Source of the DNA: Candidatus Woesearchaeota archaeon
GTDB lineage: Archaea > Nanobdellota > Nanobdellia > Woesearchaeales > B72-G16
DNA length: 64,000 nucleotides
Reading direction: 5' to 3'
NCBI GenBank assembly: GCA_003650545.1
Contig: QMQO01000002.1
Coordinates: 16,485-80,484, forward strand
Shown here one piece after another: positions 1 to 10,850 of this stretch. A program made the translations under genes and the position numbers. How positions within the stretch are numbered: position 1 is the stretch's first letter; every line of letters starts with the position of its first letter. The notes below the pieces were generated by a model, which saw only the letters and a program-made list of their open reading frames with translations, searched no databases and had not been told where the DNA came from.

Positions 1-114
1 CAAACAATTGCCAAACCAATAAGCTGGTTTAAAAGAAAGGTATTAGGTAAGAAAAAAAAATCTCCAGATCATGTTTACGATAACATTAACAGTTTCCAAG
101 ATAATATAGATCAG

Positions 115-1554
<1,440 letters not shown>

Positions 1555-1582
1555 TTTTCAATTTTAATTTTCAATATTAGAT

Positions 1583-1624
1583 GCAACAGACAGAGTTTTT
1601 TGTGGGGGGGCTCTGTCTGCTTGC
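1583..1624. terminator. hairpin (cagacagag / ctctgtctg stem) with flanking T/G runs between convergent genes
   Basis: A 9-13 bp inverted repeat is visible between the stop of the 115-1554 ORF and the stop of dph5. T-rich flanks are present on both strands. Confidence 0.35.
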
Positions 1625-1645
1625 ATTATTATATTTTGGACGAAC

Positions 1646-2395
1646 CTAGATACCTAAAAATTCTTTCTCCATAAAGTGAAGCTCTCCTGGAACAATTAAG
1701 CATTGCATTCCTTGCTTAAATCTTTTCTTTAGAATCTCAGAAGCTTTGCCAGCGATGACCTGGTTGTTAGCCCCCAAGCATGAACAGCCAACAACTAATG
1801 TGTTCCTTGTGAACACATTTTCCTTTCTTTTATTTTCTATCCTCAACAAAATATCAATCGCTTCGCCAATAGTCATATAACGCTTTTTTTCTGCATGAAT
1901 GTCGAGCAGACATAATGTGTGCAACTTATTTTTCAGATTCATCTTAATAGTATCATAAGCTGATTCCGGGAAATAGCTTTGCTGTGGGAACACGATGGAG
2001 GTTGTCTTGCCGAATTTATATAATTGTAAACCTGTTATTCCAACTGCAGTAAGAATGCTCGCATTGAAGACAACATTCACCTCAACCTTTAGCTCACGGG
2101 CACGCAGAATTAAATCAATATGGGTTGTTGCTGACAAAGGATCCCCCACAATCAGCAGAGCAATGTCTTCTTTTTTTGCTCTTTGCAGCATCACCTCAGG
2201 ATTTTGCTCAACCAGAATACGGTCTGCTAACCTGATTCTCTTCTTATATAGTTTTTCTAATGTTTGTTTGCTACAGTTCAGCTTGGAGGTGTAGCTCTCG
2301 AGATAGATCTGTTTACATTTTTTAATTATGTCAAGGCCTCGCAACGTTATATCACGTTCGTCATTCAGACCAAGACCGATGATATGAAATGTCAT
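1646..2395 (-). CDS. dph5: diphthine synthase (diphthamide biosynthesis methyltransferase)
   Basis: N-terminus MTFHIIGLGLNDERDITLRGLDIIKKCKQIYLESYTS matches the conserved Dph5 tetrapyrrole-methylase-like signature. Length about 250 aa. Confidence 0.85.
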   Translation of the reverse strand: MTFHIIGLGLNDERDITLRGLDIIKKCKQIYLESYTSKLNCSKQTLEKLYKKRIRLADRILVEQNPEVMLQRAKKEDIALLIVGDPLSATTHIDLILRARELKVEVNVVFNASILTAVGITGLQLYKFGKTTSIVFPQQSYFPESAYDTIKMNLKNKLHTLCLLDIHAEKKRYMTIGEAIDILLRIENKRKENVFTRNTLVVGCSCLGANNQVIAGKASEILKKRFKQGMQCLIVPGELHFMEKEFLGI

Positions 2396-2517
2396 AACCT
2401 AAAAAATAATGTGAGAATATAAAAAGATTTTGTATAATGATTAAGTCATGGTTAAGATCCTTGCTTTCTGCCATGTTTCAGTCACTCAGCCACAAGATGC
2501 AGAATTCTAAATATTAA

Positions 2518-2555
2518 CTTATTTAATTAGCACACATATTTAATTAGCACACATA
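2518..2555. repeat. tandem direct repeat, 2 x 18 bp (atttaattagcacacata)
   Basis: Read directly. Lies in the divergent promoter region between dph5 and the NFACT-R gene. Confidence 0.7.
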
Positions 2556-2695
2556 GGTTGACGTACCTTTATAATGTATAAAATGTAAAGCGCTTTCAAT
2601 CCATGTTGATTATTCATCCTGATTATTTGCAATTATTATTTAAGCAGTATTCTTGAACCAAAAACTATAATAACGATGAATAACATCTCAGACCC

Positions 2696-3478
2696 ATGAG
2701 AGTAACAATCAGTCTAAAAAAGTCAGTTGGGGATAACGCGAGTTCATATTATGAAAAAGCCAAAAAAGCAAAAAAGAAAATAGAAGGTGTTAAAAAAGCA
2801 ATAGCCATTGCAGAAAAAAAGATAGAAGAGATTAAAGCAAAAAAGATCGAAGTTGAGAGAAGAGAAAGGAAAGTCAAACGCAAGCCAAACTGGTACGAAA
2901 AATTTCGCTGGTTTGTTAGCTCAGAAGGTTTCTTGTGCATTGGTGGTAGAGATGCAACAACAAATGAGATCATAATCAAAAAGCACACAGACAAGAATGA
3001 TCTTATTTTTCACACAGATATGGCTGGTTCACCTTTCTTTGTTGTAAAAAAGGATAGTGTTAAGGATAGGGAGATTGGTTCTGCTACACTAAAAGAGGTT
3101 GCCCAAGCAACTGCTTCATATAGTCGTGCATGGAAACTAGGTATGTCCAGTATAGAAGTTTTTTATGTTAGACCAGAGCAGGTAAGCAAAAAAGCTAAAG
3201 CAGGCGAATATCTTCCTAAAGGAGCATTTATGATTCAAGGTAAAACAACTTACCTCAAGCCCATAATAGAACTAGCTGTTGGAATATGTAAAGACGGGAG
3301 CGTGATGGGCGGTCCTGTTGATGCTGTTAAAAAGAATTGTGAGAAATTTGTCGTGATTCAACAAGACACAAGGGCGAAGACAAGCGATACAGCCAAGTCT
3401 ATACAGAAAATCATAGGCGGAGAAATCGACGATATTATACGAGCGCTTCCAACTGGAGGTGCTAAGATAAAGAAATAA
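2696..3478 (+). CDS. NFACT-R (DUF814) domain protein with N-terminal lysine-rich coiled coil; RqcH/NEMF C-terminal-like
   Basis: Motif WFVSSEGFLCIGGRDATTNEIIIKKH...IFHTDMAGSPFFVVK...ATASYSRAW is typical of NFACT-R. A TATA-like ctataataa lies about 27 nt upstream of the ATG, suggesting a leaderless transcript. Confidence 0.65.
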   Translation: MRVTISLKKSVGDNASSYYEKAKKAKKKIEGVKKAIAIAEKKIEEIKAKKIEVERRERKVKRKPNWYEKFRWFVSSEGFLCIGGRDATTNEIIIKKHTDKNDLIFHTDMAGSPFFVVKKDSVKDREIGSATLKEVAQATASYSRAWKLGMSSIEVFYVRPEQVSKKAKAGEYLPKGAFMIQGKTTYLKPIIELAVGICKDGSVMGGPVDAVKKNCEKFVVIQQDTRAKTSDTAKSIQKIIGGEIDDIIRALPTGGAKIKK

Positions 3479-3594
3479 ATGTGTCAACATCCATTATTCA
3501 TTCAAACTTCATTTCTTCATCATATCAAAATATTTTGAATTTGAATTTAATAAATAAAAATAGAACTGAAAATAGAAAATTAAGATGGATTTTT

Positions 3595-5670
3595 TTACCA
3601 CAAGATTGCGTCTTTAATCTTATAAATGCCAGTATTTTTATTTTCCATGATGATTTCAGCATCTTTTATAACTATCTTTTGTTTAAACATGGGACAATCA
3701 AGTACAAGGGTTTCAGCTTCACCGCCTTCCAATGCCACATTCAGACCAATCCTTTTATTAAGTTCAACTAATTTATCAACATCTTTCTGTAACATCTTTC
3801 TTCCTAGCCAAGATTTATCCAGGCCTTCTGCAGCAACAGAACTAAATATAACCTCAAAACCTTCTGTGATCAGCTGTCTCATCTCATATTCTTGATCAAT
3901 ATGCCACAGCGGAGAGAAAATTTTTAATCCAAGGGAATCAGCAATCTTCTCGATTCTGTCACGTTGGTAACTAGAATATAGTGCGCCAGTAATAACACCT
4001 TCGATCTTATACTTCTTTTTTGCATATGCAAGAGCTTTCTTCAGATCTTTAAGCTCTTCTTCTTTTTCACCTTTTGTTTTTTCAATTACGTATGGCAATT
4101 GCATTGCTCTTGCTTGCAACGCAACAAGTTGAACATTTGGCGTGTGAAACATATAGCTTTCAGGATTCTCAGAGATGATAGTGACAACACACCCAACTTT
4201 GTAGTTTTGCTTCAACATCACATACATCGCAAACAAGCTATCTTTGCCACCACTAATCAAAGCTGCAAGATTTAGATTGTGACTAGGATAGAATTGTCTA
4301 AGATACTCAGATCTTAATCCAAAGCCACGTTTCTTTGATAGCTTTTTTACAGCTTTATCTATGTTACTGCCATATTGTGCAGCATCTTTTTTTCTGCTTG
4401 CAAACTTCATAGGAATGCCTAAATCCTGAGCAACCATCCTAAGAATAATTTTATCCTGCTTCTCATCTAACTTTAGCTTTGCCGGAATTCTCAATGCGTG
4501 CTCAACAAGATACCTATCCAAAAATGGAACCCTCAATTCAAGATTATTAGCCATTGTCACAACATCGTCTCTGTAGAGATCACGTTCATACATTTTTAAT
4601 AATCCAGAGATGCATTCTTTATTAATATCTTGACTTTTCTCGTGTCGATAATAACCTGCAAAAATCTCTTCACTTCCCAAGCCTGATAAAATAACCTTAC
4701 AGCGGTCCTTCTTTGCTAGCTCACAAGCAGCATATAGTGTGAGTGCAACCTCTACTTTGACAACATTATTATCCTCAATTAATGGCACGACTTTTTTTAG
4801 ATAGCCTTCAACATTTGAAAGCTTTATTTTATTAATCTTGAGCTCAAAGCCAAGCTTTTCTGCAACTCTTTTTGCATAGACGATGTCTGGGGGTTCTCTA
4901 AAACCAGGATGGTCCACAACAGCAGTATAACATGTAAACTTTTTGCCTAACATTTTACAGATAAAAGATAAAGTAGTGCTATCTATGCCACCTGAAAAAA
5001 GAATGCCTAGTTTTTTGTTAGGTAGTCTTTTTCTAACAGCATCTATCAATAGTTTTTTTGTCTCTTCTAAGACATAACTGCTTTTCTTTTTGATAGTTGG
5101 GGTTATCTTAAAAAAATCGCGTTCAATAAACTTAATATTATTTGTTTTAATATCATAACTGACAATCTTTCTAGGATTTAATTCTTGAATATCAATGTAA
5201 CCCATTTTTTCCAGGGCTTTTTTTTCAGATGCAAATGCCAGACCTTCTCTATAGGAAAACCATAGAGGTTTAACACCAATTATGTCACGAGCTAATATTA
5301 GTTTATCTCTGAACAGATAAGCAAAAGCATAAACACCGTCAAGTTGCTCAAGAACTTCTTTAATCTGAGCAACACCTTTTTTATCAAGCAATTTTAATAA
5401 TAACTCAGCATCATTTTTAGCGTCAAGTTCTTCTCTCTCGTTTAGTTCTTTCCAGTTGTAGATTTCACAATTAGAAATAAGCAAACCTTTTCCAAGTATT
5501 GGCTGCTTTACATGCCCAACAACAGCATGTAGCAAATGACCAATAGCAGCAGTATCATTTACAGCGTCAACACATCTTGCATCCTTGCCGCGGTGTTTTA
5601 TTACAGCCATGCCTTTTCTAACTAGCTTTTCAGCATCCTGTTTATTAAAAACCCCGATTATGCCGCACAT
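3595..5670 (-). CDS. asparagine synthetase-like (class II Gln amidotransferase + AsnB PP-loop domain) fused to C-terminal diphthine-ammonia ligase-like (Dph6/MJ0570, DUF71) domain
   Basis: N-terminal MCGIIGVF (Ntn Cys). Mid-region LGILFSGGIDSTTLS (AsnB PP-loop). C-terminal about 225 aa carries ALISGGKDSLFAMYV...GALYSSYQRDRIEKIADSLGLKIFSPLW, typical of Dph6. There is no stop codon between the domains. Confidence 0.7.
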   Translation of the reverse strand: MCGIIGVFNKQDAEKLVRKGMAVIKHRGKDARCVDAVNDTAAIGHLLHAVVGHVKQPILGKGLLISNCEIYNWKELNEREELDAKNDAELLLKLLDKKGVAQIKEVLEQLDGVYAFAYLFRDKLILARDIIGVKPLWFSYREGLAFASEKKALEKMGYIDIQELNPRKIVSYDIKTNNIKFIERDFFKITPTIKKKSSYVLEETKKLLIDAVRKRLPNKKLGILFSGGIDSTTLSFICKMLGKKFTCYTAVVDHPGFREPPDIVYAKRVAEKLGFELKINKIKLSNVEGYLKKVVPLIEDNNVVKVEVALTLYAACELAKKDRCKVILSGLGSEEIFAGYYRHEKSQDINKECISGLLKMYERDLYRDDVVTMANNLELRVPFLDRYLVEHALRIPAKLKLDEKQDKIILRMVAQDLGIPMKFASRKKDAAQYGSNIDKAVKKLSKKRGFGLRSEYLRQFYPSHNLNLAALISGGKDSLFAMYVMLKQNYKVGCVVTIISENPESYMFHTPNVQLVALQARAMQLPYVIEKTKGEKEEELKDLKKALAYAKKKYKIEGVITGALYSSYQRDRIEKIADSLGLKIFSPLWHIDQEYEMRQLITEGFEVIFSSVAAEGLDKSWLGRKMLQKDVDKLVELNKRIGLNVALEGGEAETLVLDCPMFKQKIVIKDAEIIMENKNTGIYKIKDAILW

Positions 5671-5733
5671 AAGATATTTATATTTCAGGAGACTTATAAA
5701 GGTTATCTATACTGGTTAATATGAGGACAGATT

Positions 5734-6561
5734 CTATAACAAATCAAAAGGACTTTTGACCTTCAACAGTGCTAAGGAAGCAGTATGCAGATAAACCTTT
5801 GTGCTTTTTAGAGTAGTATGCCCAAGAAGAGATTGTGCAGTAAGTAAGTCATAACCATTTTCAATCAAATGCGTAGCAAACGAATGTCTAAGTGTGTGCG
5901 GATGTATATTCTTCTTGATATTAGCTTTTCTTGTAGCTTTTCTGATAATTTCTTGGACAGTTCTTTGACAAATATGTGTTCTTTTATTTCCTTCAAACAA
6001 CCAATCGTCATGATTAAGTTTATTATCTTCAATGTATTTGAAAATTTCTTGTTTCAATTTATCTGCTATGATAAATGGTCTATCTTTATTTCCTTTACCA
6101 TTTCTTACCCAGCCAAGGTTTTGGTTTAATTCAATGTCTTTAACTTTTAAATGAACAAGTTCACTTAGCCTAAGACCAGCAGAATACATTAATTTTAACA
6201 TTAGTTTATGTTTAACATTACTAACAACATTAAAGATTTTTAGGATTTCATTCTTAGTGAGGACTATAGGAAGAGCTTTAGGTCTTTTTGAATATTTCAG
6301 TTTTAGATTTATTCTTTTCTTCAATACTTCAATAACCAAAAATTTGATCGCGCTAAGATAAACATTAATAGTGCTGCCTGTTGCATTTGTATCAACAAAT
6401 TTGTTCATAAACTCTTTTATAGCTTTCTTGGTCAATCTTGCTGGTTCTATCTTGCAATAATCCAAAAACCGTCTAACACAGTAAAGATATGTCTTTGTGG
6501 TTCTTGGGCTATATTTTCTGCGAAGCAGCTCTTTTTTCATTTCGTATATGGGGTCTATCAT
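5734..6561 (-). CDS. tyrosine recombinase / integrase (XerA/XerCD-like)
   Basis: C-terminal HTLRHSFATHLIENGYDLLTAQSLLGHTTLKSTKVYLH gives the R..H..R..Y catalytic signature. Length 275 aa. Confidence 0.8.
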   Translation of the reverse strand: MIDPIYEMKKELLRRKYSPRTTKTYLYCVRRFLDYCKIEPARLTKKAIKEFMNKFVDTNATGSTINVYLSAIKFLVIEVLKKRINLKLKYSKRPKALPIVLTKNEILKIFNVVSNVKHKLMLKLMYSAGLRLSELVHLKVKDIELNQNLGWVRNGKGNKDRPFIIADKLKQEIFKYIEDNKLNHDDWLFEGNKRTHICQRTVQEIIRKATRKANIKKNIHPHTLRHSFATHLIENGYDLLTAQSLLGHTTLKSTKVYLHTASLALLKVKSPFDLL

Positions 6562-6689
6562 ATATCAATCAATGTAAACTTGCTTTATATAGTTCACGTC
6601 TAGATGTCCAGTGTCCAGTGCCAACACCTTTAAAAATATATTAAAAATATATACTTCCAGACACAGTTTATATACATTCTATAATTTAA

Positions 6690-6833
6690 GTCTATATAGA
6701 CTCGTATAGAGTTTTGCGTTTATAATTTAATGGTTTTTAGAATTTCGTATTATAATTCGTAGTCTGTATAGAATCGTGTAGAGTTTCGCTTAAGTTTTAT
6801 AATTTAATAGTTGAGTTTCGTATTATAATTTAG
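6690..6833. repeat. direct repeat, 2 x about 72 bp (tctatatagactcgtatagagttttgcg...tattataattcgtag)
   Basis: Two adjacent imperfect copies read directly in the intergenic region downstream of the SDR gene and upstream of the integrase. Confidence 0.7.
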
Positions 6834-6859
6834 TTTTAAGTTTTTGAATTAACAATTGC

Positions 6860-6986
6860 TAGATATTTATTATATACTTATAGACATTTATTATAATAGA
6901 TATTTATTATATACTTGTAGATATTTATTATAATAGATATTTATTATATACTTATAGACATTTATTATAATAGATATTTATTATAG
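6860..6986. repeat. tandem repeat, about 3.4 x 37 bp (tagatatttattatatacttatagacatttattataa), each unit built of two about 18-bp half-repeats
   Basis: Read directly. Nearly perfect copies with 1-2 substitutions. Confidence 0.85.
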
Positions 6987-7105
6987 TTTTTAATATTTCA
7001 TTGATACAGCCTTTAAAACCTATGAATCTCTCAAACTTCGCATATAATATGTTATGTGCAATTCGAAAACCTGCCTAGAAATTATTTCTTTTTAGGGGCG
7101 GGGCG

Positions 7106-8029
7106 TTATGAGCCTTCATTTGGAAATTGTCCCTTTGCAACTAAGTTTAAGGAAGGTATATGTGCAGGTGTTGTAAATACATAATTTATTGCTTCTCCTA
7201 CTGCTGTTGGTGGAGCTAATCTTATTCCTTTATTTCTCCAATCACATTGGTATTCGTCTGCTGCGTCTTTTACTGCTTCTTGAACAACAGGATTATCGTA
7301 CATACCAGTATCTACCCCACCCGGTCGTATTGTGGTTACAAAGATATTCTCCTTGTATAGCCCTAACATACAAGCATTTGCATACCTGTCTATTGCTCCT
7401 TTGGCTGCACAATGTGTTGCCCCATAAGAATATCCTCTTATTGCGCTCATTGAAGTAATTAATGCTATTCTTGTTTCATCTTGTTCTCTGAATGTTGGCA
7501 AAAGTTCTTGCATCATTAAATGAGTTGCTCGTAGAACAATCTGAGATTCTTTTTCTATCAGTTCAAGAGGTATCTTTTCAATTGGCAGATATGGATTGTC
7601 GTCTTTTAGTTTATAACTTCCTGCTCCTAAACCAACAGATTGTACCCAGTAGATTGGTTTATCTCTCGGTAAATGCTCAACAAATCTTTTTACTTGATCC
7701 TCATCAAGTAAATCTAATGCAGAATATTCTATTAAATGGTCGTCAACAAATTCTGCTAAACATTTTTTTATATTCTTTAATTTACCCTCAGATCTTGAGA
7801 CCATATGAACCGTGGCACTATTTAGTGCAAGGACTCCTGCTACAGCCGAACCTATGTTTAATTTCATCTCTTGTCCTTCTACTTCTATTGAATCATGGCT
7901 TGGCTCTCCTGTTGTTATGTCATAAAAGATATGTTTAAGAGGTTTGTAACCACAGCCAGTTATGATTATTCTTTTTCCTTTCAATCTTTCAGATTTAACT
8001 ATGCGTTCTAATCTACTCATTTTAACCAC
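7106..8029 (-). CDS. short-chain dehydrogenase/reductase (SDR) family oxidoreductase
   Basis: N-terminal KRIIITGCGY glycine-rich dinucleotide-binding segment. Active-site YGATHCAAK (Y-x3-K) and IRPGGVDTGM are present. Confidence 0.6.
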   Translation of the reverse strand: MVKMSRLERIVKSERLKGKRIIITGCGYKPLKHIFYDITTGEPSHDSIEVEGQEMKLNIGSAVAGVLALNSATVHMVSRSEGKLKNIKKCLAEFVDDHLIEYSALDLLDEDQVKRFVEHLPRDKPIYWVQSVGLGAGSYKLKDDNPYLPIEKIPLELIEKESQIVLRATHLMMQELLPTFREQDETRIALITSMSAIRGYSYGATHCAAKGAIDRYANACMLGLYKENIFVTTIRPGGVDTGMYDNPVVQEAVKDAADEYQCDWRNKGIRLAPPTAVGEAINYVFTTPAHIPSLNLVAKGQFPNEGS

Positions 8030-8074
8030 TAAGAAATAGTTATAACCATAACTATAATTAACTTTACCCGATAA

Positions 8075-8797
8075 TTATCGGTATCTAAGAAAATAGTCTA
8101 TAATCTTATTTTCCGCTTTTCTTAAGTTTTCTTGGAAAGTAGAGTAAGATCTCTTAATAGTTTTGGCAAGCCTTTGCAATGTTAATTTTCTTGGATATTT
8201 ATAGTATCCTGCCTTATACGCTATTCTTAATGCTTCTAATTGTTTTTCTGTTAAAAGAGGTGTCAATTCAAGACTTGTAACACTTCTAAGTGTTTCTTTT
8301 TTAATAGAAAATAATTCTCCATGATAATATCTTGTTGCTGCTTGAATTATCTTATTTAATTCTTTGCGGTTTAAAGAAGCAATCTCCCAATATTCCCATC
8401 CATCGCTTGCTACATGAACTGGCTTTACCCTAATATATTGAGGATTATAAAATATTCTAATTTCAGCTTTTGATTCTCTTGAAAGAGGATGCTGGACATG
8501 GACAAGAATAAAATCATGGTGTTTTTCTACAGTCTTAACTCGTTTATCTTTTTTTACTTCTTGAATAAATTTTCTTTTATTTTCTTCAGAACCAGAAATA
8601 GTTCCACCAACAAGAAGATTAATTTTTTTGTTCTTAATAAAATTCGTGTAGGGAACCGCAAAAAACTCTATTCTAAATTTTTTACATAAAGGACTATAAA
8701 TATCTTCATCATCTTTTAATTTAAATTTAGCAACCCACATAATCCGATAATTGTCGGTTAAGTATATAAATATTACGCCCCGCCCTTTATTGATCAT
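8075..8797 (-). CDS. HTH_10 (Bat/bacterio-opsin-activator-type) transcriptional regulator
   Basis: C-terminal LTEKQLEALRIAYKAGYYKYPRKLTLQRLAKTIKRSYSTFQENLRKAE helix-turn-helix. TATA-like atttatatac and a GC-rich 11-mer lie just upstream. Confidence 0.55.
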   Translation of the reverse strand: MINKGRGVIFIYLTDNYRIMWVAKFKLKDDEDIYSPLCKKFRIEFFAVPYTNFIKNKKINLLVGGTISGSEENKRKFIQEVKKDKRVKTVEKHHDFILVHVQHPLSRESKAEIRIFYNPQYIRVKPVHVASDGWEYWEIASLNRKELNKIIQAATRYYHGELFSIKKETLRSVTSLELTPLLTEKQLEALRIAYKAGYYKYPRKLTLQRLAKTIKRSYSTFQENLRKAENKIIDYFLRYR

Positions 8798-8839
8798 AAA
8801 TCACTTGAAATTGGCAGGTTTTCGAACTCTGCGGGATTT

Positions 8840-8975
8840 CTGCCTACGGCAGAACCGTTGCACTATCCCTTGGTCTTTTCTTCGAAAAGACGCACATAAC
8901 ACGGCTTATGCGGTTCACTCACCTTGCAGGTTCGTTCACCCAAATTTCCCTTCGGGAAACTTCGCATAAGCCGAT
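8840..8975. repeat. structured repeat element, copy 1
   Basis: Enclosing stem cggcttatgcgg / cgcataagccg, internal tttccc-ttcg-ggaaa hairpin, linkers ccaaat and cttcg, 3-prime atatgtta. An upstream hairpin tctgcctacggcaga is shared with copy 4. The region to 9250 also holds a second degenerate copy. Confidence 0.6.
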
Positions 8976-9249
8976 ATGTTAGCCAAAATTTTCTTACTGC
9001 CTAGAAGGTGCATACGCTTACGCTATTTCCGAAAATCATTCTGATAGGTGCCTTCGTTAAATCGATTAAAACAAAAACGGTTTTTCAATTGCTTCGCAAC
9101 TAAACCTAACATTGATTTAACGACTTCATTTCATTCCATCCAAATTTTTACTTACTTTATAGACGAGAGAGGGGGCTTAGTTCTTCGGACAGATAGACTT
9201 TTATTGCGTAAAAGAAGATTTTAAGGAAGAGAAAAAACTACATAAGGAT

Positions 9250-10167
9250 TTAACTCAATTGTTTTTGTATGCCCAGTTGACTAGCATTCTCAATAATAAC
9301 TTTAACTACTTGTTTTATACCACTAATGTACTTATCAAAATCTAATATTCCTTCCTTTGCGATGTCTTTTACTTTATCCCTAAAACTTTCTTCATTCAGT
9401 CCCGATTGATATAGCTCTTTATATTGTTTGTATACATAACCAATCGGTAATTTAATGTTTTTTCCAAAATCAATGATAATATTGTAAAACGTTGCAACTA
9501 TCCCAATATATGGTACTAAAACTGTTAATTTCATATCCCTAATTAATGTGCGGTAAGTTTCCTTAAAAACATCACTTAGTAATCTATTCAATATTTTGTT
9601 TCTGTTTCCTTTTCCAATTTCTCTCTCAAGTTTTGAGATATATTTATTATCTAAAGTGATGATATCTTTTTCTTTCCTTAAATAACCAAAATCAATCAAA
9701 AATTTGATATACCTTATTTGCTTCTTGTCAAAAGACTTAGATAATGAATCTGCATGATGATCTTTCCTATAAAATGCATCTAGAACTATTCTAAGCGGAG
9801 TTAAAGCCTGATGAATTCCAGGTATTCTCACGATTTGGCTGGAAAGTAATCTTATTATTATTCTCTCTCTTAATTTATGTAATTCTTTATATTTTTCTAG
9901 CGCATTATATACGATTTCCTTTGAGTCGGAATAATTCATTAAACCGCCTTTGTTATCTAGTTTAATAAGACCAACATTTCTTAATTTGATAAAATAAACA
10001 AATTCAGTGTTTAATTCTTGATCAAAAATCCTTTTTGGAACTAAGAAGTCTAGATATATTTCTATCTCGTTCTTCAATTTGGTTACATCTTTGTTTAGAC
10101 TGATGCCATTCCAATATTTCTTTACGACTATTTCTCTTGCCTTTTTTAGTATTAATTCTTGTTCCAT
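9250..10167 (-). CDS. hypothetical protein, last gene of the Type III R-M operon
   Basis: Start is 1-2 nt from the stop of the upstream gene. No recognisable motifs. Confidence 0.5.
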   Translation of the reverse strand: MEQELILKKAREIVVKKYWNGISLNKDVTKLKNEIEIYLDFLVPKRIFDQELNTEFVYFIKLRNVGLIKLDNKGGLMNYSDSKEIVYNALEKYKELHKLRERIIIRLLSSQIVRIPGIHQALTPLRIVLDAFYRKDHHADSLSKSFDKKQIRYIKFLIDFGYLRKEKDIITLDNKYISKLEREIGKGNRNKILNRLLSDVFKETYRTLIRDMKLTVLVPYIGIVATFYNIIIDFGKNIKLPIGYVYKQYKELYQSGLNEESFRDKVKDIAKEGILDFDKYISGIKQVVKVIIENASQLGIQKQLS

Positions 10168-10168
10168 T

Positions 10169-10849
10169 TTAAGTTAACCATTGATTTAGAGATTTTTTCT
10201 CACTTTTTTCTATAGGTTCAAACCAATAAACCCTATTTAAAAATGTACTTGCAAACCTACTTAGAACATGATGGGGAGTTTTAACTCTTATATTTTTCAA
10301 ATTCAGCACCTCTTTTTGATGATTATATACTAGATCTGGATCATAGATATAAAAATGTTCCGAATCAAAACCATGTATTACCACCGCATGAAGATAATCA
10401 GGATCCTCGCCTCTTACTTCAATTTTGTGAGGGTTAATTACTATACTATTATTAATATATTTTGGATTTATTAGTAAAATTGGGTAAACCCCACTTTCAA
10501 TCATAAATTTGAGATCATCCAACGAAAAATCAACTTTAAAACGTAAGACAATATTAGCTGTTTTTAAATTTTGATTAAGTTTCAGATGAAATTTATCTAA
10601 TTCAAACACACCATGATACATTTCTTTAAGCAAACGTAAATCTCTCCCGCTTAACTTAGCCATTCTTTTTGCGACACTGTTTGGGTTATAACCCACCCAA
10701 TTTTTTATTTTTCTATAATTAATGTGTTTTAGATTTACTCTCTTATCTTTTTTAAATTGATTTAATATAATTGTGTATAATACACAAGGTAAGCATTGTT
10801 CGTCAGTCTGTTTCCGTGGCTTACTTATTTCCAAAACTTTTTTTTCCAT
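10169..10849 (-). CDS. hypothetical protein; Cys...His-Val-Val...Asp-Pro pattern reminiscent of papain-like (C39-type) peptidases
   Basis: QCLPC near the N-terminus, then HAVVIHGFDSEHFYIYDPDL. This is a pattern resemblance only. Translationally coupled to res (TAA-n-ATG). Confidence 0.35.
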   Translation of the reverse strand: MEKKVLEISKPRKQTDEQCLPCVLYTIILNQFKKDKRVNLKHINYRKIKNWVGYNPNSVAKRMAKLSGRDLRLLKEMYHGVFELDKFHLKLNQNLKTANIVLRFKVDFSLDDLKFMIESGVYPILLINPKYINNSIVINPHKIEVRGEDPDYLHAVVIHGFDSEHFYIYDPDLVYNHQKEVLNLKNIRVKTPHHVLSRFASTFLNRVYWFEPIEKSEKKSLNQWLT

Positions 10850-10850
10850 C

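Noticed and set aside
6860-6986. Possible CRISPR array
   Set aside because: The 37-bp units are contiguous tandem copies with no unique spacers between them, and no cas genes are adjacent. This is a tandem-repeat or iteron architecture, not CRISPR.
7189-7938. ORFs 7189-7458 and 7492-7938 (+) with Leu-rich translations
   Set aside because: Antisense to the well-supported SDR gene. The low-complexity Leu-rich product is typical of shadow ORFs.
8751-8969. Supplied + strand ORFs 8751-8969 and 16120-16458 overlapping the structured repeat elements
   Set aside because: They lie entirely within repeat elements showing helix covariation and have no SD or TATA context. They are more likely non-coding.
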